A stretch of DNA of 64,000 nucleotides from Lytechinus pictus (Eukaryota), in contig NC_087245.1 of NCBI RefSeq assembly GCF_037042905.1, positions 21,640,001 to 21,704,000 on the forward strand. The letters run 5' to 3'. A program made the translations under genes and the position numbers. Under the pieces are notes generated by a model. The model was not told the origin of the DNA and made no database searches. It saw only the letters and a list, made by a program, of their open reading frames with translations. Positions 53,051 to 64,000 of this stretch are shown here, piece after piece; the stretch's first letter is position 1, and every line of letters starts with the position of its first letter.

Positions 53051-55486
53051 AAAATTGTGTGGAAAGAAGTGATGGATGCATACGCAAAACAAAAAATTTG
53101 GTTCCTTTATGATGGTGAATAAAATGAACCCCCCCTCAAAAAAAAAAAAAAAAAAAACATATTTCTTTGTATTAACCAAAAATGCAGTGTTCATTGAAGT
53201 TCGCTGAAACACAAATGTACATGTACAAAAAAGGGTGCATTTATTTGCAAATATTTCCCATCTGCTCAGGCAACTGCTCATTTAAAAAGAACCCCCCCCC
53301 CCACCCCCAAAAAAGGAAGAAAAACAACAACAAAAAAGGAGAAAGAAAAAATGATGTGAAAAATACAACGATAATTAAATGATCCATTATATTATTTATT
53401 AAAATGAAAAATATGTCAATTGTAATACTGTATTATTAGATTATTTAGGACATTTTAATATCAGTCATGCTTTTAAATGTTGAAATGGTGTGAAATGAAT
53501 GAAGATTGGCAGATTTGGGGAGCATTTCATATGGGGATTTGTCGGTGATTATCACTGACTTATTTGCTATTGACCAATCAGATGCAGTGATTTAAAATAG
53601 CTCATAACATCTGTTGGTGAAAATCACTGACAAATCTTCATGAAATGCCCCCCCCCCCCCCCTCGAGATGGATAGTACAGGGAGGTACAAGGATCGAGAC
53701 CACAATAGTGGATTAACTGGTAAATCTGTAGAAGGGAGAGGGGAAAGGGGAGATAAAAGGAAATAAGAGGGTTTTGTTGTAGGGTGAACAAAGAGAAAAC
53801 AAAGGAGATAAATAGACTGGAGGGGAGGGGGCTGGAAAATCAATGCATTGTCTCGCATACACTTGGCTGCACAAAGCATCATTGAACTTGAAAATAAAGC
53901 ACCTGCATTACAGAAGCAGTACGTCATGCATGGCAGTGCCAAGTGCCCCGCCCTGTATACTTGAAAAAAAGGACGATTGGTAGTGATGTCATGTATTGTG
54001 ATTTTGTCTCGGAGACCTCAGCTCAGATCAGACTGGCGGCCATTTTGTGAGGGTTAGGGGTTTGCCACATCATATCAAGGTCATTTAATGCTCTGGTAAC
54101 CTCTTTACTTGAATGAATCTTCTTGGCTGCCGGTCATTTTTTTTTAATCAATTTTTTTTTTATAACTATGTATTTTCAGACAAATAAATTCCTTATAAAA
54201 TGAAAATGCTTTTCCAGTTATTCTTTATTTTTGCACCCATATATCGTGACCTGCCCTCCCCTTTTTTAAAATCCTTTATCTCTCCCCCCCCCCCCTTTAT
54301 TTTACTGTAAGGTGACACTTCCTCCTGTGACATTTGCTCCTCCTGTACCAATTTGAATTTGTATGGTTCAGGTCGTGATGAATATTAATGTACTCAGTTT
54401 TTTTTTGGTAGGAGGAGCAACTATCACAGGAGCAAATCTGCCGTCCAATGACAAAAGGAAGTACGCAATTTTTGTATTCTCTATACTCAAGGTGACAATG
54501 AATTTGAGTCGCATAGCCCCCAATTTCTGAAATAGACCTTCCAATATATATTTTATATATATTTCTGTATAAAACATATTTTGCTTATTTTACTTAGAAA
54601 CTTGCTCCATAGAGTTGCTTCCTTTTTTGCCATGGGACGGCAGAAATGTCACCTTTTTTATGCATGCCTGGGGCCCCCATTGCATGAAAGCTACTATCAT
54701 GATAACTATGCCATCCAATGGTAGCTACCATGGTAACAATGCTTATCAGCCAATCAGAATCAAGGATTTTATGGAAGTTACCATTGGATGGCAAAGTTAC
54801 TGTTATAGTAAACTTTTATGCAACGGGGCCCAAATGCAACATTGTTCCTGAAACCTCCAGGTTTAAAGGTTTCTTGTGGGTACTCAGCAATGTAATTGAA
54901 TTAACCAACATTTAGAACGCCATCATCGTTTAATTTTTTCATTAAAAAAATTACATTTTTAAGTTTGAGAAGCAAGGCCAAGAAATTTTTTTTTATATTC
55001 AGATATCCTCTCGGAAGTGGCAAGTTTTCAGATGATCGAACTGCAAAAACTTTTATAGAGTACTTTCAAGAACAATGTCATACTTTGGCCTGCAGCAGGT
55101 CATGTTTAATTGCCTCCCCTTTGAGATTTGCACATTATCCACAAAAGTCACTTATAAATTTACACCAAGTTGGTGATATTTATTGTAGCCTTTGCAGATG
55201 ATGTACAACCCTCACTTATCCATCCATCCATCCCCCTCCCCTCCCATTTTTTTCCCTTAAATGTTGCAAAATGCATTGATATTGGTGGTAAAAATTTCCT
55301 CCTTTCTGGAGAATGTTATTTTTAGCATCACTATTGCGTCATTGTTTTTTTTTAGATGAGCTTTTCCAATATCTAGCCAAAGGAATGTAAGCACGAATCT
55401 TATTTTTTTCCATAATCAAGAGAAATATCAAGAGTGTTGTTTAGTTATAGTGGATAAGTCAATAGCAATGCATTTTGCAACACAAT

Positions 55487-55793
55487 GGCCCGTATTCTGA
55501 AGTCAGGTTCAACTTAGACCACCGGCTAACTCTACTAAAATTACGGGAAGCCAAGAAATAAAAAATTGAATTTATATGTTACATTTATTATGTGTAGTAG
55601 TTTGTTTCGTTTTGCTTTCATAATGAAGAAAATACTTATCATAATTCCCAGACAATTGTGAACAATTTGGATGTCATATGAGTTAATAAACTGAATGTTT
55701 ACCATTAGGGATTTATGCTCCAATTGGCTCTCCATATTTAAACCACAACTTTAAACCAGGGTTTAATTTAAACCCAACTTCAGAATACGGGCC
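55487..55793. mobile_element. MITE, GGCCCGTATTCTGA TIR, AAT TSD
   Basis: aat|ggcccgtattctgaagt...acttcagaatacgggcc|aat; copy of 14681-14998. Confidence 0.85.
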
Positions 55794-57809
55794 AATAGGT
55801 GCAATTTCATTTGAAAGAGGGGATGTTTTCTGTTGTTAAATATTTTCAAGAGTGAACTTCATAAAACGAAAATAATTTTGTTGAACATTTTTCGATTTTG
55901 GTTAGATATTAAAAATTTGAACAACATCTTCGAAAAATGTCATCTATACATTGTCTCACGTTTGACTCAGGTGCTTGAATGATAATTTACAATGCGTTAA
56001 GACGCAATACATTAAAGCGCATCATGGCATAGACAAAGCAAGAATAAAATTACTTCAAATTGGCAGTGATAAATGTTATGCATTTACAACAATTGGATAA
56101 AGTTAGGTTTTTAAATTGTTCGTAAATAAGCGATTTTGGAATTGAGAAAACCTATTACTGGTATTTTTTACCAATCTTTTGTCAAAGGTATTATACATGT
56201 AGGTTCAATAATGTAAACATGCACTTGATGAAGTTCACTCTATTTTCAAGGGTTGTGTGTACAGAGTGTCACAAAAAAAGGAAACCCATTTTAGTGATAG
56301 ATAGATATATATGGAATTCATTACATATGTATTGACATCAATATATTTATTTTTACATCTATGTGTTACCTAGCAAAGGAGACTAGAAGTAGGATTTTAT
56401 TCTACTTCGTAGCATTTTTAAGCAAATAATGATTCTGAATATGGTTATTCCTTTTGAAATTTTATTTTTCAAACTTTAATTATTTTTTGAATATTTTTCA
56501 AAATTAAAAAAAAATTAGGCATGAAATTTGATAAAAATAAAGAAAATTATTTTTTTCTCAATAGGGGTTGGCAGCTCTGGGCCTAGTGATATAAGATGTG
56601 AAAAAATTAATTTCATGATGTCACTGAAAGGTCATTGTTTACAAATGTTGAAAAAATTACCCCCAATAAACTGAGAATCTCGGTTTCCCCTTCTGTGGGA
56701 CGCTCTGTACACAGGTATAATACAGGGGCTTTCAAAATTGGTTGTGCAACTGTTGCGAGCATTGCTATTTTGTGTAACATATATTGTAACGAATGATCGC
56801 ACAACCAAATGTGAAAGTACCTTCGGAAAAGAGAAAAGAAGAGAAGTGGAGAGAAGAGGGGTGAGAGAGAGAGAGGGGGAGGGAGAGAGATAGAGAGGTT
56901 GGAAGGGGGGGGGGTTTGGGGGACAAGTTTCTTATGAAACAGAGTACAAGAATAAATACAAGTAGCCAAAATAAGGTGTATCAAAATGATTTACTGTCAA
57001 GGTGGGTGTTTCATAAAGCTCTTCATAAAGTTACGAATGACTTTATTCATGGTCAGAACATAATCTTCAGGTAGGCTAAGTCAGCACAATGGCACAAGAA
57101 AGGTTCACCAGTTGGACGTATAGTCAGTCGTGACTAATGAACAGCTTTATAAAACACCCACCAGGCAAAATACAGAATTATAGAATCTACCCTAATCTCA
57201 TTAGCAGAGAAACTAATATATTTCAGATTTTCTTATTGCATTTCCGAAATAAGCCTACCACAATGGTGAAAATTTATCATAATCGGACGTAAAAATAAGT
57301 TATGGAAATTCTGGTCAGAATGCAAATGAGGCAACTGATGACGCCACCAACGCAAGATTTCTTTGTATGTTATCATATGGATTCTGAAAATATGAAATTC
57401 ATATTTTGTTATGATGCGAAATAAGATTTGTTTTCTTCTTGTACGAGATTTCCATTGTTGCAATCTATTTTGATTCAACAAAGATGTTTTTTGTCAAATC
57501 TGCGAAAAAATGAAATAACTTTCACGTACATAAAATATTAAAAATATACATTATGATTATTTTGTGATAACAAGCGATAATTCACCATTTCATAGCTTCC
57601 TTATTTTACATCCGATTTTGAAAAAAAAAATTGATTTCGATTAATTTGAATGTGTCTCTATTTATTCAAACCCACTCTTTGTATAGTTGGACTTACCCTT
57701 CAAAATACTATATCAACTGTCAAACGAGAAATTAGGCAACTGGATTTTCAGTACTGTTTTGTTAATTCATTAATTAAAAAAAAGTTCAAAATGCATTGAT
57801 TTTCACTTC

Positions 57810-60800
57810 ATATCTAAAACATAACCCATTAAAAAGGTTCTGTTATATTGTTTGTTTTATAACAGATTTTTCCTTTTTATGATTTTTTCATCCAAGAGGG
57901 GGAAAGGGTATGAGCCACATGTTTCAATGTGCTATACATCAGCATTTAATTTGTGAACCACTATTGTCAAAATGCCTATGATGGTAAATGAAAACCTCCA
58001 AAAAGTAAAAACCGTAAAGACCAACCCAAACCTTACGATTGGTCTTCGACCCGATTTCGGAATAAAAGGTAGAAAAATTTGAAGCGAATATCAAGACATG
58101 GAACATCTTAATGTTTAAATGTTCTAAATTGTTCATTTCACTTTCATTCAAATCTGTAACTATGCTATCATCCTTAGAGTAAAAGCAAAATGAATATCTA
58201 GTCGTAATGACGAGATAACAATCACACGATTGGCTACCAATTGAAACCAAAACTTCAAATAATTATAAACGCTTGCAATCATCCAAGACTGATGTATTGG
58301 TATGTATTGAACCTCGAATAAAAAGATATTTTCCATTCCATTATCAGAATATAAGCAATGGATATGTTCCAAAATCGGAACGTGAACCAGTTGTAAGGTA
58401 GAGGCCTTAAAACGCTATAGTTCCCACTGTCAAGATTTACGCCACGATTCAAACCTAAGTTTGAGTAATCGTATAGTGATCGTATCATATCGTACCAGAT
58501 CAGTCGTGGTAATCGTACTGATCTTAGAAAATCTTTGAATGGTTCAAAAAAATTGCGATCAGTTCGATAAGCCAATCGTGGCTTTTGTACATTATCACAC
58601 GACAGTCTGAACGAGGTATTATACATCACTGGTAAAAAAAAGAACGGTTCATCTTGGCATGGACCCTTTCAAAAGACATAAAATATTACAATAACAAACA
58701 AAATTTATGAAGTGCTTAATAAGATGTTTCTAAGTGCTGCATACAGTACCAATTCACTACACCTGGGTGGAGAGTGCCCAAAAATATAAAAGGGGAAAGT
58801 GGGTTGTCATCCCCTCCCAAAAGAGAAAAAATGAGGAAGCTTACACTTTTTTTGCTTAAATTGTTATTAATATTCTCCAAACAATGCAAAATATCCTTTA
58901 ATTTCACTATTGAAAATGCGTAATTAGTGTCACGATAAGATTGGACGCTCTGTTCCCCAATTGTTTATATAGCCTGTTTCTACTAAAATCCCCGACAAAA
59001 GGCCTTTAAATAAAATCTATAGCATATTTTGATTTGTTATATCAAAATATATAGACAATTTTTTGTTATCTCGTTTCAAAATGTGAAAAAAATAATGGAG
59101 AAGAGCATAATGGTGTCACATTTGTGGAAGAAAGATGAACTGATTTGGTTGATCAATTTTGTTCATTTGAATCCACTGATATCCACACTATAGTGGGGAG
59201 ATCGGTAATAGGCCTACATAAAGTGTTTTTACAATCAAAATTATGTGTATGCACATTTGAGTTACAATTATGAATAAGTTTGCCAGGACCGGTCCATCTC
59301 AGACAGGACCCTAAACACGTACGTAGTGTTGATGCAAAAAGTACATACTGTATAAGGAATTTTAGTCTTTGTATATCATCGCAAATTGGTCCGTAAACCA
59401 GGCTGTAAATATGTTGCTTTCCTAGCGAAATATATACTTTTTTCATTATTTTAGCGTTTTTTACACCGTTACTGACCGTTATGAGTGTAATGTGCCTTAT
59501 CTTGCACAAGAGATCCCTTTTACGTGTTTTTTTTTGGTCACGCATGGTATCCACTCGTCAATGGAAGTGCCCACCCCCCCCCCCCCTTTACGGGGGGGGG
59601 GACTTAAAACTACCGAATTTGGAGAGGAAATCATGGACAGAATACCTCATTTTGGGGTAAGTCACACAAATAATAAAAATGATATGGGCGCTCAGTTTTA
59701 AACAATCGCATCTCAATAATAAATATTGATTGGTAAAACAATACGCAATGCCCTAAATGATGGCGAAGAACAAAGATGCGATATGGGTGGGCTCTTAAAA
59801 TGGGGGGGGGGGTGAAATGACAGAGTGATTATGTTTACCCTAAAATGCCAGATGGTCAATTTTGTGAAGTAAACATCTATTCGAGTATTCTCTTGCAGGT
59901 GCCTATAACTTGCCATCGTAGATTTAAGATTACACATATTTCTTTTTATGATGCAGCCAGAGAACCCTGATTTTAAAAGCTTTCAACATTCTTTGGAACA
60001 TTCTTGTCACGTAGCGTAAATATTATCAGACTGGCAGGCCGGCATAAAGCCATTAAAGGAAACCAAAACCCAAATAGAGAAGCAATCTTATTGGAAAGAG
60101 TAAATGATCGGAGATAAGAGGAACACTTAAAAAAAAGTTTATCAAAATCGGTTATGAAATAAGCAAGTTATTGGAGTTTGAAAACTCTTATTGTATTTTC
60201 TATATGGGATCCTCAAATTGGTAAACATGCTTCAAAATGGCCGATTTTGTGGACAACTCTAAATTTGTTTTGTACACAAATTTTCAGATTTTCCTCATTA
60301 TCTTTCAAATTGCATCTTGCCTCCTTCTGAGCAAAACAAATGTCATTGGAAAATATAATTCACTCCACATATGTCAAGGTCAGGAGGAGATAATTTGAAA
60401 TATGTAAAATAAAGGGGAAAATCTGAAAATGTGTGTACAAAACAAATGGAGAGTTGTCATTTTGAAGCACGTTTGCCAATTTGAGGATCCCATAGAAAGT
60501 ACAAGACCTTTCAAACGTCCATGACTTGCTTACTTCATAACCGATTTTGATGATTTTTTTTGTATTGTTCCTCTCATTTTACTCTTTCCAATAAGATTGC
60601 TTCTCTTCTTGTGTTTAAATTTCCTTTAATAACTGGATCCTTGATCATCCCTCACCATGATGAGACTGCATATCGGGACATAATTTTTATCCTGGTATCG
60701 GCAAGATTCGTCGACCGCGAAGTTCACCGTTTGACACCATCTTCCTTCTCCTGGTAAAGCTGCAGGTACACATCGACGTCTGGCCTCATGTCACCACAAG

Positions 60801-61006
60801 ATGGATACCTCAATATGGATACCACCACCTCACCCGCCATCAATGATCTCCTGAGTGTCATCTCCTGATCGTCATCTCCAGTTCCATTCCTCGATGACCA
60901 CGCCGCATTGACGGTAATGTGCGTACTCGAGCGTATACCTATATCCCACTTCCAATTATGGATCAGGATACATCTTTTATAGTCTACACCAGGTTATTCT
61001 GCGCTG
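57810..61006 (-). pseudogene. Intron-containing caspase-like (peptidase C14) pseudogene
   Basis: Minus-strand exons 61006-60656 (KRCILIHN...SSRNGTGDD...; ends CAT G|gtgagg), 59966-59914 (HG-FSGCII), 59421-59349 (...ICDDIQRLKFLIQ), 58172-about 57810 (HVLIFASNFSTFYS...GLYGFYFLEVF...LTIVVHKLNADV...KQ). These motifs follow caspase p20/p10 order. Several stops and frameshifts; no intact QACxG. Confidence 0.6.
60057..60625. mobile_element. Kolobok-like MITE in a caspase-like intron
   Basis: TTAA|aggaaa...tttcct|TTAA; long inverted arms (agagaagcaatcttattggaaagagtaaa). Confidence 0.85.
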
Positions 61007-61549
61007 CTGAGAAACAAGAGGAAAAAAAATGAGTGAAACAGTCAAATAGTAATACATTTATACAAACAATAGACGATGGGCGAGGCTGGGGTGGGGTTAG
61101 GCGGGGTTTACCCCCCCCCCCCGCCCAACAGAGTCATAGGAGTTCCACCCTAATATAGCAAAACAAAAGAAAAAGATTAAACAGCTAAAAAATAATAAAA
61201 TATAATAAATTACTGGAAAGAAAGACCCAACCCCGATCCTTTCATTCTTTTATATAGCAGCCTGAAATCAGTACCTGGTATGTTAATCACTGTATCTCCC
61301 CTCTAATCCTTATTCCTATCATTATTGGTTGAAAGTAAAAACTGTGCATGCCGTGGCCATAGTAGTTTTCGATTGGTGAAATATGTATCCTATTCATGAG
61401 TCATTAAACGCACTCCGAAACAGATTCCTTTTCTCGTCAGTATATAAAAGATATCAGCTCGCGCTTCGCATTATTAGCATTTTTATCTTTTCCCGATAAC
61501 AAAAAACTGCTTTTAATATAAAATTTTAATTTAAAGTGTAAGTGTCACA

Positions 61550-63033
61550 TGTAACATATTTGCGGATGATGTTGTCATTGTCATATACAATATTAGTCCA
61601 AACATAACAATAAATATTGATATGCAATATAACTTAGATAAAATAAAAAAGTGGTATGACACCAATCATCTTACAATTAATGTTGATAAGACAAAAGTCA
61701 TGATGCTTAAAAATAGGTCCACCGATAAACTTCACTTATTTATTGATGATAAGCCAGTAGAACAAGTTAAAACTATAAGATATCTTGGGGTCGAAATAGA
61801 CGAAAATCTGAAATGGAATTCACACATTGCTATGTTGTCTAAAAGTTTAGCTTATAAGATTTTTTCACTTGGTAAATTACGACATATCCTAAATGAAAAC
61901 CTATTGAATATATTATATAAATCCAATATACAACCCCGTTTTGACTATGCAATATCGGTCTGGGAAGTAAAATTGGTTCTAATGCACTCTCAAAACTTTA
62001 CAGACTTCAGAAGCGAGCTGCCCGATACGTTACTGGTAATTTCGATATTATAGTGGGGAACATATTGTTAAGGATATTAAATGGACATCTATTGAACAAA
62101 GAAGGGACTATATTTTAGCAAACTTGATTTATAAATGTATTCATGGAAAGGCCATATCTCGTTTATGTAATAATATTAAAATGGTTTGTGAAAGACATGA
62201 TGTTAGAACACGTAATTATAATACACTAAATGTTGTTCCCCCTTAATCTAATATTGAATGCTTCAAGAAATCTTTTATGTTCTCCGCCGCACGGGTCTGG
62301 AACAATTTGCCAAATTCACTTAAGAATGCAGTTTCAGTAAATTCTTTCAAATTATCCTTTAAAATGTATTTCCTATGATACCATGTCAATTTTCGACTCA
62401 GTATGGCTGTCATACACAATCACTATGAGCATATGCATTCATCTCTATCTTCACCACTCCTTACTTTTCATGTTACTACCGATATTCCTATACTTTTAGG
62501 TTCTTTCCAGATAGTATTTGTAATCCAATGATTTTTTTCCATAATAACCCTTATTTATATTTCATTTATTGAAATATACAATTCCCTTGTTCCTCTTTAA
62601 CATTGTTGTCACGTTGCTATTATTTGTAATAATCTTAACCCTCTAATATTTTATAGTTATAGACATACATTTATAACTGATTGCCATTGTTTCACTCGAT
62701 TTTCTATAATGCTATGATTATTTCATTGTTCAGTGTTTTTATCAGCGAAAAATTATACAATTATTAGTTTTATAATTAGTAACTGTTCCCTTTTGATAAC
62801 TTAAATTATTTTAGTTTGATTCATAGTATCATTTAAGTAACAATATTTGTTTATTTATGTTACTAAGTATTGTTTATTTATGTTACTAAGTATTGTTATC
62901 TTTGAATTAGATTTTGACTTTATTTTCATGTATGATATGTTGTTCTTTATGTTTCCATTAGGTCATTGATGAAAAACAGTTTTATGCTGATCTTAAGTAC
63001 CTGAATAAAATATGTTCTAATAAATAAATAAAT
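61550..63033 (+). mobile_element. 5'-truncated CR1/L2-group LINE (RT C-terminal half plus 3' UTR)
   Basis: FADD motif, then W..TNHLTINVDKTKVM..YLGVEIDENLKWNSHI, later frameshifts, (TAAA)n tail; sits inside a gctcgcgcttcgc-repeat element. Confidence 0.9.
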
Positions 63034-64000
63034 GATAAATTTTCATGTCCAAAAGTATGAGCTTGCGATTCGCACTCGCAACATCTCGTAAATATGACTT
63101 TTTAACAGTAATTAACGCCATGATTGACATGCCGTAAAGCGAGTTTCACAACTTCAGATTTGCATTATTTTGTCCAAACTGATTGTTTATTTATGTTACT
63201 AAGTATTGTTATCTTTGAATTAGATTTCTTGACATGCAGAAAAGCGAGTTTCACAACTTCAGATTTGCATTATTTTGTCCAAACCGATTGCTCGCTACGC
63301 TCGCTAGCAAAAATAAAGTCTAAATATAGATGTTATCAATCAAAAATCACTTTAAAAAGCTGTGCTCAACTTGATTACAACAAAACACACAACTATTTCA
63401 CGCAGATGATAATCTCATTGTGAAAATACCCGTTTGTACCATAATGCCCATTTTGACATATAAGTGCCCTTTTTGGCTTTGCCCCCCAAACGGAAATACG
63501 TTATGCCGCCCCTGCTATAATTCACCACTTTCATAACACATTATGTTACCAATGAACAAAACAAGTAGGCATGCTTTCTTCTAAAAAAAAATAGTTTCTC
63601 TGAATTGATACGATGCTGATCTCAAAATGTATACTTTTAAGACCATTTTGGAGGTAATTTTAAATTTTAAATAGTAAGATGGGCCAACGCATCGTGTTCA
63701 TGATTACAATTAGTGGTTAGAATGTCCCGTTCTTAAAAATTTAGCTCGCGCTTTGCAATCGCATCATTCAGTGGCATCCATCCTCTTTAACGTTCCTAAA
63801 TGATTAACATGATTAAATGTTTAACATGTCCATTACATACAAAATTACAGCTAACGCTTCACGCTCGCATTAATGAGTTTGTTTGGTAAGTTTACACTTT
63901 TTGCTTTATGCATTTTAGAATTGATATGATTAATAATCTTGTAGAAATAAGTACCTTGCCTTTCAATTTAATTCTTCTGAAATATTTTTACCTATATATA

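Noticed and set aside
61622..62053. 143-aa ORF as a host gene or retron-type RT
   Set aside because: Frameshifted C-terminal part of a CR1/L2 LINE ORF2 with a typical 3' tail.

Overview
AT-rich, repeat-dense, intron-containing animal genomic DNA. The repeat styles (Tsp/HINE-like elements, TTAA-flanked and CWG/AAT-flanked MITEs, tRNA-derived SINE) suggest a sea urchin or similar deuterostome invertebrate; this is inference. Almost none of the supplied ORFs are real genes. Reading splice sites and exon phases by eye gives three spliced loci. (A) + strand, 642-15314: the 3' two-thirds of a divergent mitofusin (Mfn/Marf/Fzo)-like dynamin-superfamily gene with no obvious transmembrane hairpin. A MITE sits 6 nt inside one exon and there is a possible nonsense codon. 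(B) + strand, about 21.6-44.3 kb: a chain of well-bounded but stop-containing exons, either a pseudogene or a lncRNA. (C) - strand, about 57.8-61.0 kb: an intron-containing caspase-like pseudogene. The rest is deeply nested transposon debris: hAT-, Harbinger-, Kolobok-, Tc1-, P- and Sola-like non-autonomous elements, HINEs, Tx1- and CR1-like LINE fragments, a DIRS tyrosine-recombinase 3' end, probable Gypsy remnants, and apparent P-type and Tc1-type excision footprints. No CRISPR array, rRNA, true tRNA or prokaryotic system is seen. All homology calls are from motif recognition and memory, not database searches.
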